From: Nymphaea colorata | Lineage: Eukaryota | Direction: 5' to 3' | Length of the DNA: 64,000 bases | NCBI RefSeq assembly: GCF_008831285.2 | Contig: NC_045138.2 | Location: 30,504,001-30,568,000, forward strand | Shown: positions 1-11,800 of the stretch, piece after piece | Position numbering within the stretch: position 1 is the stretch's first letter | Layout: every line of letters starts with the position of its first letter | Translations under genes and position numbers: made by a program | Notes under the pieces: model-generated | Databases searched by the model: none | Told to the model about the DNA's origin: nothing | Seen by the model: the letters and a program-made list of their open reading frames with translations, nothing else

Positions 1-357
1 ACAAATATTTCTACGAAAAAGATGCTGTAGAAAGATATTCTGACAAGTAAATCCATGGCTAACTTTCCAAATCATACTATTTACTAGAGTTAGTGTAGGT
101 GAGATATTCACACAGTCAAAGAACAAAATACAAACGGAAAACTACATACGCATGTTTGTGCTTTATGTGCATGTTATTAACATTAGACTGGTGTCAGCTT
201 TTCACACAGGCATAAATTATCTGTCATGTTGGAACTTAAAAATTTAGATAGCTTTTTTTTAGAATTAGATAAACTGACAGATTAAATCAGCAAAACCCTT
301 TTCACATACCCAGGACCTTACCTCTTGTTTCTCATACTACATATATGTATACGTGTA

Positions 358-360
<3 letters not shown>

Positions 361-450
<90 letters not shown>
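361..450. repeat. Compound microsatellite (CT)n(AT)n; a second (AT)n at ~613-668
   Basis: Directly visible. Lies in an LCYE intron. Confidence 0.98.
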
Positions 451-455
<5 letters not shown>

Positions 456-610
456 GGCTCAACCAGTCCCATTATGGGACTGTTTTTCCAATCTGTTTTC
501 CTCTCTCACTACTTCCCCTACTTTTTCCTCCCACCCTCCTCTTCTTTTATTCTGTTTTCCTTTTTCACAACGAACTTCTCTACCACAGAATCGAGGAATC
601 TTAAGGAGAG

Positions 611-672
<62 letters not shown>

Positions 673-1148
673 ACAGAGCTACAGCCTTGAAAAATGTATC
701 AGCCGAGCAGCCAGTGACCTGTAAAAACATAAGACAGACGCCATGAGAGAGAGAGGATTTGTGACCCAACCAATTTTTTCTGGCCATCTGGCACCATCCA
801 GCTGGTTCAACCCATGCAGGTCTTTCCAATCTGAATTCATAGTTGAGCTCCAATGGACCAATTCTATAGTCGAATGCCTGAAATGTATTTATTGCCCTCA
901 GTTCTTTTTATCAACTTGAAACTGTTGATTTTAGACCCTCATAAACTTCAGGTCGTGCATCAGATTTTGTCAGTTTTTTCTCATTCCTATAAAAATTGAA
1001 TATCTGAGCTCATCAATGAAGTCATATTGAAGAAACAGCAACAGAATCCAGCTGAACCAGCCATATAATTGGCCAAATTCACCCATCATATATATACCTG
1101 TGCAAGGGAAAGAGAGTTTCTCAAACTTGAAATGGATAAGTAAGTCAC

Positions 1149-2740
1149 CTCCTCATAAACTTTAACAATGCGAACTCCCATGGTTTCCAAGCGTGTCATT
1201 AATCTTTTCTTCAGTATGTCAAATGGCATGGTAGGTCTTGCTGCTAAACAGGTTTCCTGCAATTAATCAGTTCATTCTAGTGATACATCAAGACCATACC
1301 ACGTAGGTCTACAGTAAGCAAAAGTATGTAAACAGACCTCGAAAAAAACTCTTGTTGGTGACAATGGCATGGCATAAAGAAATGATGGAACCTCAGACCC
1401 AATGGTTTTATCCTTTTTCTTGACATAATCTCTATAGTCCATGAAAACCATCACATTGGGATCATACGGATTGTTTTCTACCTGAAATTAGAAAAAACAA
1501 CATGAAATATCTACCATTGAACTTGCTACGAGGTTTCAAGTGAATTAGAAGGAACGGGGTATCAAAACCAGTGGTGACATTTTGTAACAGTAATATAATA
1601 TGTTGGCAGAACAACATGAAGCACCATCTCCAACAGAAACTCCATTACAAGCTGCTGGTAAAGATGATCGAGCACTTTAAATATCTCTAACTATCCTATA
1701 CTCCAGATAGTAAAACAATGGTGGTACAGACAAGACAAACTGCAACCCACATAAAATGATTTTAAGCACGACGGGGATATATGTAGAGAACACCAAACAA
1801 GGGATAAGCATGTGGCCTTGCCTGACCTTTAGATTTGATTAAACGATTAAATATCTCATAAATAAACATTTTTGTTCAATACAATGGATATCTTAGAAAT
1901 CCTTAACTGCTCATGTTTTGTGCTTTTGATGCATGTCCACGTTTTTGTTTGAGCCTTTCAACATAAACATTTTATTAAATTGAAGAATGCACTACCTTAC
2001 TTCACTTGTTTTCTGGAAATGTGAATTACCATATCAGCCCACAGTCCAGGCAAGTGATTCTGACATAACTTAAAGTGCTGTTATATGATTTTGGCACCAT
2101 AAAGGCAAATTCAATCTGGTTACAGAATGTATATCAAGTTACAAGTATCATATATCCATATGGATCAAGAATGGCTTGGTTGAATCATAGCCATTTTGTG
2201 TGGTCAAATGTTGATTGCTTGACTGTATGATGAATTGGGAGGCACACTGGGGGTTCCAGGAACAGAGAGCATTAAGTTAAGAATTGAGGGTACTTGTTTC
2301 TTTGATAATGACAAGGATATGTTGCTAGCAATTTTTTGTGATTGAATTTAGGTGGCTTGAGAACAACTTAATTTCAAAGCATGCCTAATCTATTTCAAGA
2401 CGATGGCATTGTATCAACTTGATGATAGTTACATGTTTCCCCTACCGGATCAGCAAAGCACATCTGTGCTCCATTTCGATAATATTCCGCTACGGGCTTA
2501 GCCCTGAAGCATGTATAGTATCCTATTAAGTGACAGCCTCAGGTTTATGCTAAGTTGGCATATGGATGCTTCATATTGCTACCACACTTGAGTGGTCTCA
2601 GGTGTGGGTGTTGGTGCTGGTGCAGCAAAAATGCTGCAAAACCAAACAGGTCCAGTCAGCTGCACCAAGTCATTTTGTCCAGTTTCAAGTGCAATTTTTA
2701 TCCAGTATGTAACTAGGTTTGACACTAACCTAGCCTGATT

Positions 2741-2791
<51 letters not shown>

Positions 2792-5700
2792 TGTATGTGT
2801 GTGTGTGTGTGTTGGCCAAGAGGAACATCCTGTTACTCTGGCCTCCAGAAGCTTTCTCTGCCAGAGACTCTGCCTCTTACCGTCAACTGTTAATACATAT
2901 GATGATATGAGACATGCTGCCTGTCAACCATGTTATGCACCGAGTTGTTTACTGTGGTTTTGACATTTAAACTATGTTTAAGATGTATAAGATATTAGGA
3001 TATGTTCTTAACAGTTAAGCCTGTTATGAAACAAACTGTGTAATTGCACATATGTTCTTTTGTCTTTACACTTGAAATTATGCTTTCTAAATCCATTTGA
3101 TTTCTTTTATTACCTATCCAAAAATCAAAGGAAAAAATTGCATTGATTTCTAATTTTGTGATTCTAAGAAGTATCGAATATGCATTTGAATACATGTAAG
3201 AAACTGATTCTGAAGCTCAAATATGTAGTACATTCTAAACTTTATTTTAACAGGATTATTTATTATTTGGCATATATTTATATTTTGATTTTGTTATGTC
3301 TGCATTTACTTACAAGTGCGTGCTTTATTGACGTGAAAATCCCACAAAGCACTCGTAAAGTGTAGGGCTTTGCAAGTGACAGCAACCCTCACGCTTCGGC
3401 AGAAGCCAGGGAACCTGAAGCCCTAGCCCCAGAGGCACTGAATGAAGAGAGGAGAGGAAGCATCATAGGCAAGCAAGGCTCGGGTAAGGAAGCAAGCTGC
3501 AGCTAGTAAGCGAAGGTAGAAAAGAACCTGAAGCCAAAGTGAGGTGAGTGTGCTTATGAAAAGTGATGAGCTAATGCCATTCAAAGTTGTCCCTTTTTTA
3601 TGTTTCGTTTTTTGTTGATTATTAAACATCATAATTAATAATTTTTACTCTTTGTATGTGCATGTGTGTATTTTTTTCAAAAATGCTGCATCTGAACCTA
3701 TTATACATAGATGTAAGGCCTTTCAAAATTCAGTCCCTCATGCTCAATTAGTTTGGACCATATCTCACATCAACCAAGTTTACACGGTAGAGCTTTTGTA
3801 GCCCACTCCCAAGAGAAGTACGAATTGAACAATGCTTTGTCCTCCATCCTTAAATTCTATAACCAATGGGGACATGTTGATTTTGGCTATGGCCACTGAT
3901 TAGGAAGTCCCACCCCTTGGCACTTCCATGAGGTTTGCATTCAGCTTGGACCAGCAGATGCTGTACGTAAATAGAACAGTTTCTTCAACACCATCACAGA
4001 CAACTTAAGATGATGTCACTAAATTGACCAGAGCATACTAAACTAGAATTTTAGAACAATGTCAAGGAGAACAAGTAAAGAAGAAAACAACACTTCAATA
4101 AAGTTCAGGACAAATAGTTCATTGGTTAGAGAAAGGTGCTAGTAGAGTCAGAGGCAATACCTCACCTCTGCCTCAATGCCATATGCTGTCTGCACAGTAA
4201 CTTTAGGACCACCGAGCTCATATTTCAAAAGCTTCCCAGAAGCAGCTCCTGAGGCAACAATAGCAAGCCTACAGAAATAGATGTTATATCAGATACTGCC
4301 ATGATTTCGAGAATTTCTCAAAATAATGTACCTGCAGGGAATCGCAGCACCACTTTCACAAGCAACAAGGATATGGCCATCACTGGATTCAATTGTTCTT
4401 TCCACTTTACAGTCAAGGTATGTGACCCCCGCCTCAAAGCACCTATGTGGAATTTCATCAGTCTTCTTCTCAGCAAACACCCAAGACTCATAAAGCAGAT
4501 GATTCTGAAAATGTAACTCTTTACCGTTTCACCAGTTCTGTGTGCAGTGCATCTCGACTTACACGGCCATATGCACGACCAATCTGGATGGGACAATCGC
4601 TCTCAAGATAGACAGCAGTGTCCCGCCAAACATGCTCAATACACCCCTCAAGCCCAAGATCTGAATGTGCATAAGATTAGACCAGTTTGTGAAGGTACAC
4701 AGAAAAAGTCACATGAAACACAAACAGAACATGAAGAGAACTATAGGAAACAAAAGAAGCCAGTCTAAAAATACATGTTGCAAAATGTTGGGAGTAAAAG
4801 TCATAACCGCCTAACAAGGACCAAGAGCTAGCCAGGTTAGTGCAGTTCAAAATGGCTACATTCCAGCAGAACCTTGAACAAGCAGTAGCCTGTCATTACA
4901 ATTGGAATTTTGTCCACCAGCGGTGCATTTTGTCAACAGATCAGTTTTCTTCTGCTGATCATACGCATAAAAGGAAATTAGTCTCGATAAAAAAAGTCAG
5001 ATGCCTTCAAGTATGTGTCCCAAATAGAGGCCACGGTATGATGGTCATATCTTCCACTAGAAAAAATGCATTGGTCTGGCAACTGAGGACTCCAATATTT
5101 ACTGTTTATGTAAATGTAAGCATCTGTTTACAAAGAGATCCAAGAATATAATTTTCAAAGAATTTGGAGGGAAAGACAGTAAAAACAGAAAAGAAAGCTA
5201 ATTCTAGTAGCACACTGAACTTATAGTATGTCCAGAAGTTCTTAGAAAGGATAAAAATTGACTTAGAGCTAGTCAAGAAAATTTTTTTCTGAAAACCCAA
5301 GGTTATATGGCTTAATTTACATTTGAACGATCATAAAACATTAATCAGCATTACCCTTGAATTCATCTTCCCATACTCCATAGTTGTTGGTAAATGGAAG
5401 ATCCGGCCCAACAAGGCCAACGGACAAGCCTGCCTTAGCAGACTCTGCAGCCAAGGATAGACCAGCAGGGCCACATCCAACTACTACCAGATCAAGTAAA
5501 GAAGTCCCAGAAGGTATAGGTGGAAGCTGCATAATAGTTTCATAGTTATCAGTAAAAGAAATTCACTTCAAACAGAAAATAAGAATCATATATGCAAGCA
5601 AACTGCGAAATCCATAACACTGGCATTGTCCATAAAATTTGATGACATTATGCTGATTATAGCTGGCAAGTAGAGTTACATTTGTTTTGGTCATAAGGTG

Positions 5701-8636
5701 AAAAATCGCCTCCCCAAGAGTCAGATTATGATTTCTCAGCCTGTGAATTTTCACATTTTCACCCTCATGTTTGAGAATCATGGGTTTAAAGAGTGATTAC
5801 TTGCACAAAAGAACAACAGGTTTTACTACTTTTGCTTGTCTAGCCGTGATCTTTCTGTCATTGTGATAAGAAATCACAAGAACCTATGGAACTTGAGGAA
5901 TCAAAGAAATTTCACGCTAATCACACAATGGTTTCATGTTCCGAATAAATTTTTTATTTTTAGGCACAAATGCATCAAAAAACTTAGGAGCATTATCAAT
6001 CCACATTCGTATCTTAAAGAAATTTACCTCTTGTTCATTTTCATGAATCCATGGTTTTCATTCAGTAGCCAAAGCAACCACAAAAAATAGAATTAAAAAA
6101 TAAGGCTGCTATAGAATATCATATCATTTGTTCGTTCCAGAATTAACTGAATGGAGCACACAACAAACTGGACGTCATACTGTCCCACCACTAGCAGACT
6201 GAAATTATAGACCATGGTTTGAAAGGAGATGGTACTTCAATTTTCAGTAAATCAATGCCTGGAAAAAGGATAATAATAGCATTTTTTAAGAAAATGCACT
6301 CTGTCTGATGTTCGCAGATACAAGCACAGACATATAATGTAGACTCTACAAAAGAGAAAAAAAAATAGCAATAAGAACATGACTAAATTATATCAACCGT
6401 AATCACAAGCATGCAGAACAAGAGATGGCACACATTCTCTTTGAACTCATGATCCCAAAAAGGAATCCAGTATTCACAAAACTTTCAAATAGTTTGTTTG
6501 AAATAAAATTACTCCTCTGCTGAATATGCAATTCGCACCAAACCCAAGTACTAGCATAAACCTCCCGCCTCCAGAAGTATATAGCGCATAAGTTTAAGGG
6601 AATATGGGAAATATCGTAACTTATTTAAGTTCTCATTATTTAGCCATATCAGAAGACCCCGATAGCAAACCATATGTTGTCTCCACCAACTAGAAAATTT
6701 GGGATCAACCAGTACAAAAAGGTCTCCAATTTTGAGATTAGAACTTATGTGTTCAGATCTCCAAGATCAGCATCAGGTGACTTCAGAGATGCCAAATGCA
6801 TCACATGGTCAAGCTCCCAAAATCTCAAGATATATACAAAATAGTTACGGACATAAAGTTGTTTCAGCAGCCCATGGGCTATTCTTATGCTGTTAAACTT
6901 TGCAAGGTAAAATATTTGACCCACTAAGGTATCATTGGTACCTAAATATCAGATTAAGCCAGTAAATGGTACTGGAATCAACAGTAGTTTCTTCTTTTAG
7001 GCATGACAAAGTTTCCAGTAGCAACAATATGTTTTTGTTGTAAGTTTTAGTTTAACTCGTCTTGAACATCTCAATGCTGCAAATTGCATCAACGACAATG
7101 GAGGCCTTCAACTCATGCTGCACGGGCACCTGGCTTCAATTTTAATGCAAGTGACAGGACAAATGCAAGTGTACAGGGCAAGCTACTCCATGCATCCAGT
7201 CAGATACACGTATGCTTGGGCCAAGTGTCCAAGAGTTCATTAACTTTCACTTCAGTTTTCTTTGAGGGATAAGCACAACATGCAGAAAAAACACCTTCCA
7301 GAACTGAAAACACTGCACCGAATCAGTCGACACCCTTCCTAGTGAAGTGCTTCGTGAAATTCAGATCGCTAAATACTGTTTGGGGGCATTTGTTAGGACC
7401 ACAAATGTAGTGCTTGGCAATATCAGCTTTCATAAGATAGTGCATCAAGAAGGGTTTTGATCTTTAAGTCTAATATTTCCAACGCCCACCTAGAAGTCAG
7501 CTTTCGTGAAGTTACTAGATGAAAGACTGTACTCGTGCATAATGGACCATACTTGACCGCCGGCAGACTCCATCTTGGTTTTCACCGTGGACACTCGTGT
7601 CAGGCATGGAAACCACAAAGAATGTTCCTACACACCTCTTCCAACCAGGCCTGCGTCAATGAGTTTTTTCGTTACACGTTATTCTCTTCATCCTGGTGGA
7701 CTGCCAAACAGCGTACTAATGCTCACCTTCTTGCATGCTACGACGTCTAATGCGGATATGATAAGTTTGCATGATTAGTGCACGTAGGAAACGATTCGCA
7801 CGATGATATACATACCACCAAAATGCCATGGCAGTACCCAAAGAACAGCCAACTTAAGGAACTCAAGTTCATCAAGGCATTGAGCATCGAACGAGATGAA
7901 GTGCGTAAAAAGACTAGCAAAATTCCTCATAATCAAAGTCCATTTTAAAAATAAATCCTGCTTTTAACTTCTTCTCGATAAAGTCTGGGAGGCTTTGACT
8001 AACCATAACATATGTATCAAAACCAAGAACATATCGAGAAGCACAAGAAAATTATTCGTACCAGACAACTCCCTGTGGATGATCGTTTCTGTCAATCGTG
8101 TCTGCGACAATTTTCTCCTCACGAAAAAATCGCACTACCGATCATTGCAGTTCGTCTAAACTCTAAAGTGTCTTCTAAAGAACTTGAATGCCAGAAATGA
8201 AATGCAGAGACGCACGACAGCCATAGCAAATCACGAATAAGCAGACAGCAGGATAAATACAAATTGCAGGGTACAAGGACACTATTTGGGGGGGAGGTGG
8301 GGGGACCTTATCAGCAATCTTAGCCTGCTGCTTCATGGTCTTCCTCTCCTGCAACTGAACGAAGTGAATCTCAGAACCGCCGGCCCTCAGGTAATCATCC
8401 TCGTCGCCGAAACCTTTCTTCTTGGAATCAGCCGTCGTGCAGCTCTCTGCAGCCGAGGCCTTGACGACCATGCAGCATCTGGGCCCTCTGGAGCTCAAGG
8501 AAAACAACGGTGGTCTTGAAGATTTTGACAAAGAGTCCTTGTGTATTCTCCCAATCGCTATGTGAAAGCGAAATGGTGAAGGAAACGAGACAGTCTTGCA
8601 GCCACGGAAAATACGACCACTACCAAGACACTCCAT
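1149..8636 (-). CDS. LCYE: Lycopene epsilon-cyclase, chloroplastic (5' part; 3' exons lie beyond the left edge of the window)
   Basis: Seven GT-AG exons join in frame: 8636-8307, 5526-5355, 4660-4525, 4442-4332, 4268-4166, 1481-1338, 1256-1149. The protein starts MECLG with a transit-peptide-like region, then EDDYLRAGGSEIHFVQLQ (epsilon-cyclase-type N-terminal block), DLVVVGCGPAGL (FAD-binding), PFTNNYGVWEDEF, GRAYGRVSR, VQTAYGIEAEVENNPYDP, MVFMDYRDY and FFEETCLA. The next expected exon (EWSYIPVGG) is not found in 1-1148. Confidence 0.96.
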
Positions 8637-8671
8637 TTCTTCTGCTTTAGCTAACACTCAGCCGCAGCTCT

Positions 8672-8778
8672 CTGCACCGATGAATGCACCGTTAGCATCA
8701 AAAAAGAAAAAAACCCAGAAAATCCACACAGAGGAACTGGAAGAGAGCACTTACAACCACCATCAGAGGAGCTCTTAC
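8672..8778 (-). promoter_or_regulatory. Predicted 5'-UTR intron of LCYE with two alternative donors
   Basis: Donors CG|GTAAGA (8778) and TT|GTAAGT (8754), U-rich body, CTAAC branch site (8695-8691) and TGCAG acceptor (8672), 35 nt before the ATG. Confidence 0.6.
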
Positions 8779-10975
8779 CGACCTTGGTGTGGCACTAGAG
8801 AGAGAGAGAGAGAGAGAGATGGTAAGGATAACGATACGCTGGTAAGACGGCGAGCTGAGGATGGAGGACAGTTGCCACTTGCCGGATTGTAATTGGTCGT
8901 ACAGGTTTACAGACACTTTTCGGATATACGCTCTTTTAAGGAAGCGGTTTTCAATTTTTCTGAAGGAATCGGAGCTTTTGCTGGAAAGAGAATAAAAAAT
9001 GTATACATTTCATAGTAAAAATATATATTTTGATGATTTTTCTTTTGTGATGTGATACATAAGCATAAACTGACATCTAACTTTCTTTTTCAAAATACCC
9101 TTGAAAGCATTTTCTCTTGAACACTTTCTTGACGTTCAGATGAAAATATGTAAAAATGACATCGCATTGGTCATACAATAAAACAATGCAAAAATCAATT
9201 TACATTATAAATCAAACTCAGAAACACTCTGTTTAATGTCATCGACACCTGAAATAAGAACTATTACTGTGAGTGAGATCAATGTCAGTCAGAAATTTCT
9301 ATTAGTCAATGAAGTTAATCATATTTTTCTTCTTCCTTACATGGTCACTTTTGCTATTTAATTTCTGAGGAAACAACTTGGCTTTAATTTAAAGAGTTAC
9401 GTTTACATTGATGAAGTAAAGAAAAGGACAATTTTATCAATATCAGTTAGGCAAAAAGAAATATAAAATAATCTATTCTCTAGCAGAGCATGTTCGCGTC
9501 ATTGATCTGAAATGACCAAATTGCCCTTGGCGGCTAAATGGAATACTACCCCGTAAAAAGCTAAAATGGTATGGGTCAAAAATGTCCTGTAAAATGAATG
9601 AAAAACCTTTCAAGGTTTAAACTATGTGAACTTGTTTTCCCCCGTCAACGCATATTCCAGTTCTTTAAATGTCAATATGATTTATTTTTCATGTTGGTAG
9701 CTTTACCGAAACAAGGACAGATTTAAGAAAAAATTAAAGTTTTTTTCCTAGTTCGAAGCATTCGTAGTTGAACCCAAATATGAATCAAATATCTGACCAA
9801 ATCCGTTCCATTGATAACCCTTACAATTGTAATTCCTGCAAAATTTGAGTTTCCTTGTGTGAAAAATATTTTCTCCTTTTTCCTTTTCTTTGATTTCATG
9901 AGACTTTCATTTTGCTGACCAATGCAGTGTGTGGGCCTTATTGGCCCATATGAATTGAACCCTATCAATCTATCTTTCCTCATTTTTGTACTTAAAAAAC
10001 TATTTTTAAAAAAATCCAAAATATTTACAGGACATTGTACTTAAAAAAAGAAGTCAAACCAACAAATCTAACATGATCAGTTCTGATAAAATTTAATCTA
10101 TGTATAAAAAATGCAGATTCTTTTCTACTTTTTTAGACATATGCGGTTCACTCATATGGTTGAACGATCGAATGCTCATGTAAGTCCAATTGGATGCCAT
10201 TTCACAAGATTAAATTCATTAAGATGATCTCAAGTTTCTCCTTTTTCCACATTCAGCTCATTGGAAATGGATTGATCGGATATATCATGGGCATCTCTAT
10301 TTAATGCTAACTAACTTGGGCTTGATAATTTTTCAAAGTTAGACGGCAATACTTTTGTCCTGCCATGGATGAAAATGCCACAAGGAACATGCCTTGGGTC
10401 TGAATTTTTCTTTTTTGATGGCCATGGAAGCTACCAATCTTTTCAGATGTGTTACAGTTCTAGCAAAGGACACAAAAAGATCACATTCACGTGCTTTTCT
10501 CTAAAAAATCGTGTAACTGATGACTAAGACTGCGGTATCGGGCAACAAGATGCCCACTAAGCAGGATTGGACTTGAAGACCTTGCAGGTGAAGGGAGTTG
10601 AGTGAAGAATTTAAACATCGATCCGAAGTCCAACTACGAAACACTGGGCTCTGTTTCCTTTACTGGAAGTTGTTGATTGAATTCCAGTTGAGACGCTGGG
10701 GAAAGAATTTGTTCCACCTAGTGATGAAATATGGCCACCTAAGTCGGCCCGACGCCAGAAACTCAAACCCAAGCCCGACCTAATACCTAAGCCCAGCCCA
10801 GGCTCGGCTTGATTAAAAAAGTATATATTTTTTAAATATAAAATAAAATTTTTTAACATAAAATATCTTTTTAATAACAAAATATATATTATTATTAAAT
10901 TAAAAAATTAATCAGGCCAAGCCAACCCAACCGGTTTTTTTGGGCTTAACTTCGATCACAATCGGACTGAATACC

Positions 10976-11061
10976 GAGTACCTAAGCCTGCCCAAGCTCA
11001 CTAACGATGGCAATAAGAGTACCTAAGCCTGCCCAAGCTCACTAACGATGGCAATAAGAGT
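10976..11061. repeat. Exact 41-bp tandem duplication at the end of a MITE-like element (~10719-11003)
   Basis: gagtacctaagcctgcccaagctcactaacgatggcaataa occurs twice, followed by gagt. Confidence 0.95.
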
Positions 11062-11800
11062 GGAATGGAGCAGAGACAGTGAGATGCTAGCAAAAGCTAC
11101 CACCAAATTCCAGGAGTGACTTTCTCTTATCATATATTTTTCATGTTTAGCCTCAAATTGGACTGTTTCAGGTGCTATCAAGAAAACAAAAATTTCATGC
11201 ATTAAAATGACTATCATAATGCTATGTCACATGAGTGTGAGGTGCCGGTGGCAGTATGACGTAATTCAAAAAATTTAATTCAAAAAATTTGAGTGCGAGA
11301 ATGTGGCAAAGGTGTATATATATATATATATAATATTTATTTTATATACATAAATGTATGTATTCATACTATGTATAATTTTAGCTTGTTTCTTCTAACC
11401 TTAATCTATCTTTTTTTATTTTTATTATTATCCATAGAAAAAGAAAGGAACATGAAAAAGAAAAAAAAATGAAAAATATTTTGAATTTGCATAAGAAAAA
11501 ATGCAATTGGAGACCAGCACTAAAACCAGCACCAACATCGTGTCGACACGAGTGTAGCCCCTTTTTTGAAGAGTCCGTTTGACATAGTCATCATGAATGT
11601 CATCCTTTTTAACCCATGTCTCATGTTCTTCTTTTTCTTGGTACAAAAAGAAAAGCTCTACATGCACAAATAGAAAAACATACAGAACATCTTGCTGCAA
11701 AGAAAGAAAAGCGCTCATCCACCAAAACTTTCAGGCATACTTCTCGGCTTGAACTCGCAGAGTGCCATAAAATATTGCATTACTCTTACAGAGAACAGAT

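Noticed and set aside
325..861. Overlapping ORFs with SLSL/YIYI runs
   Set aside because: Translations of CT and AT microsatellites in an LCYE intron. The same applies to the ORFs at 36998-37252, 58568-58853 and 63715-63963.
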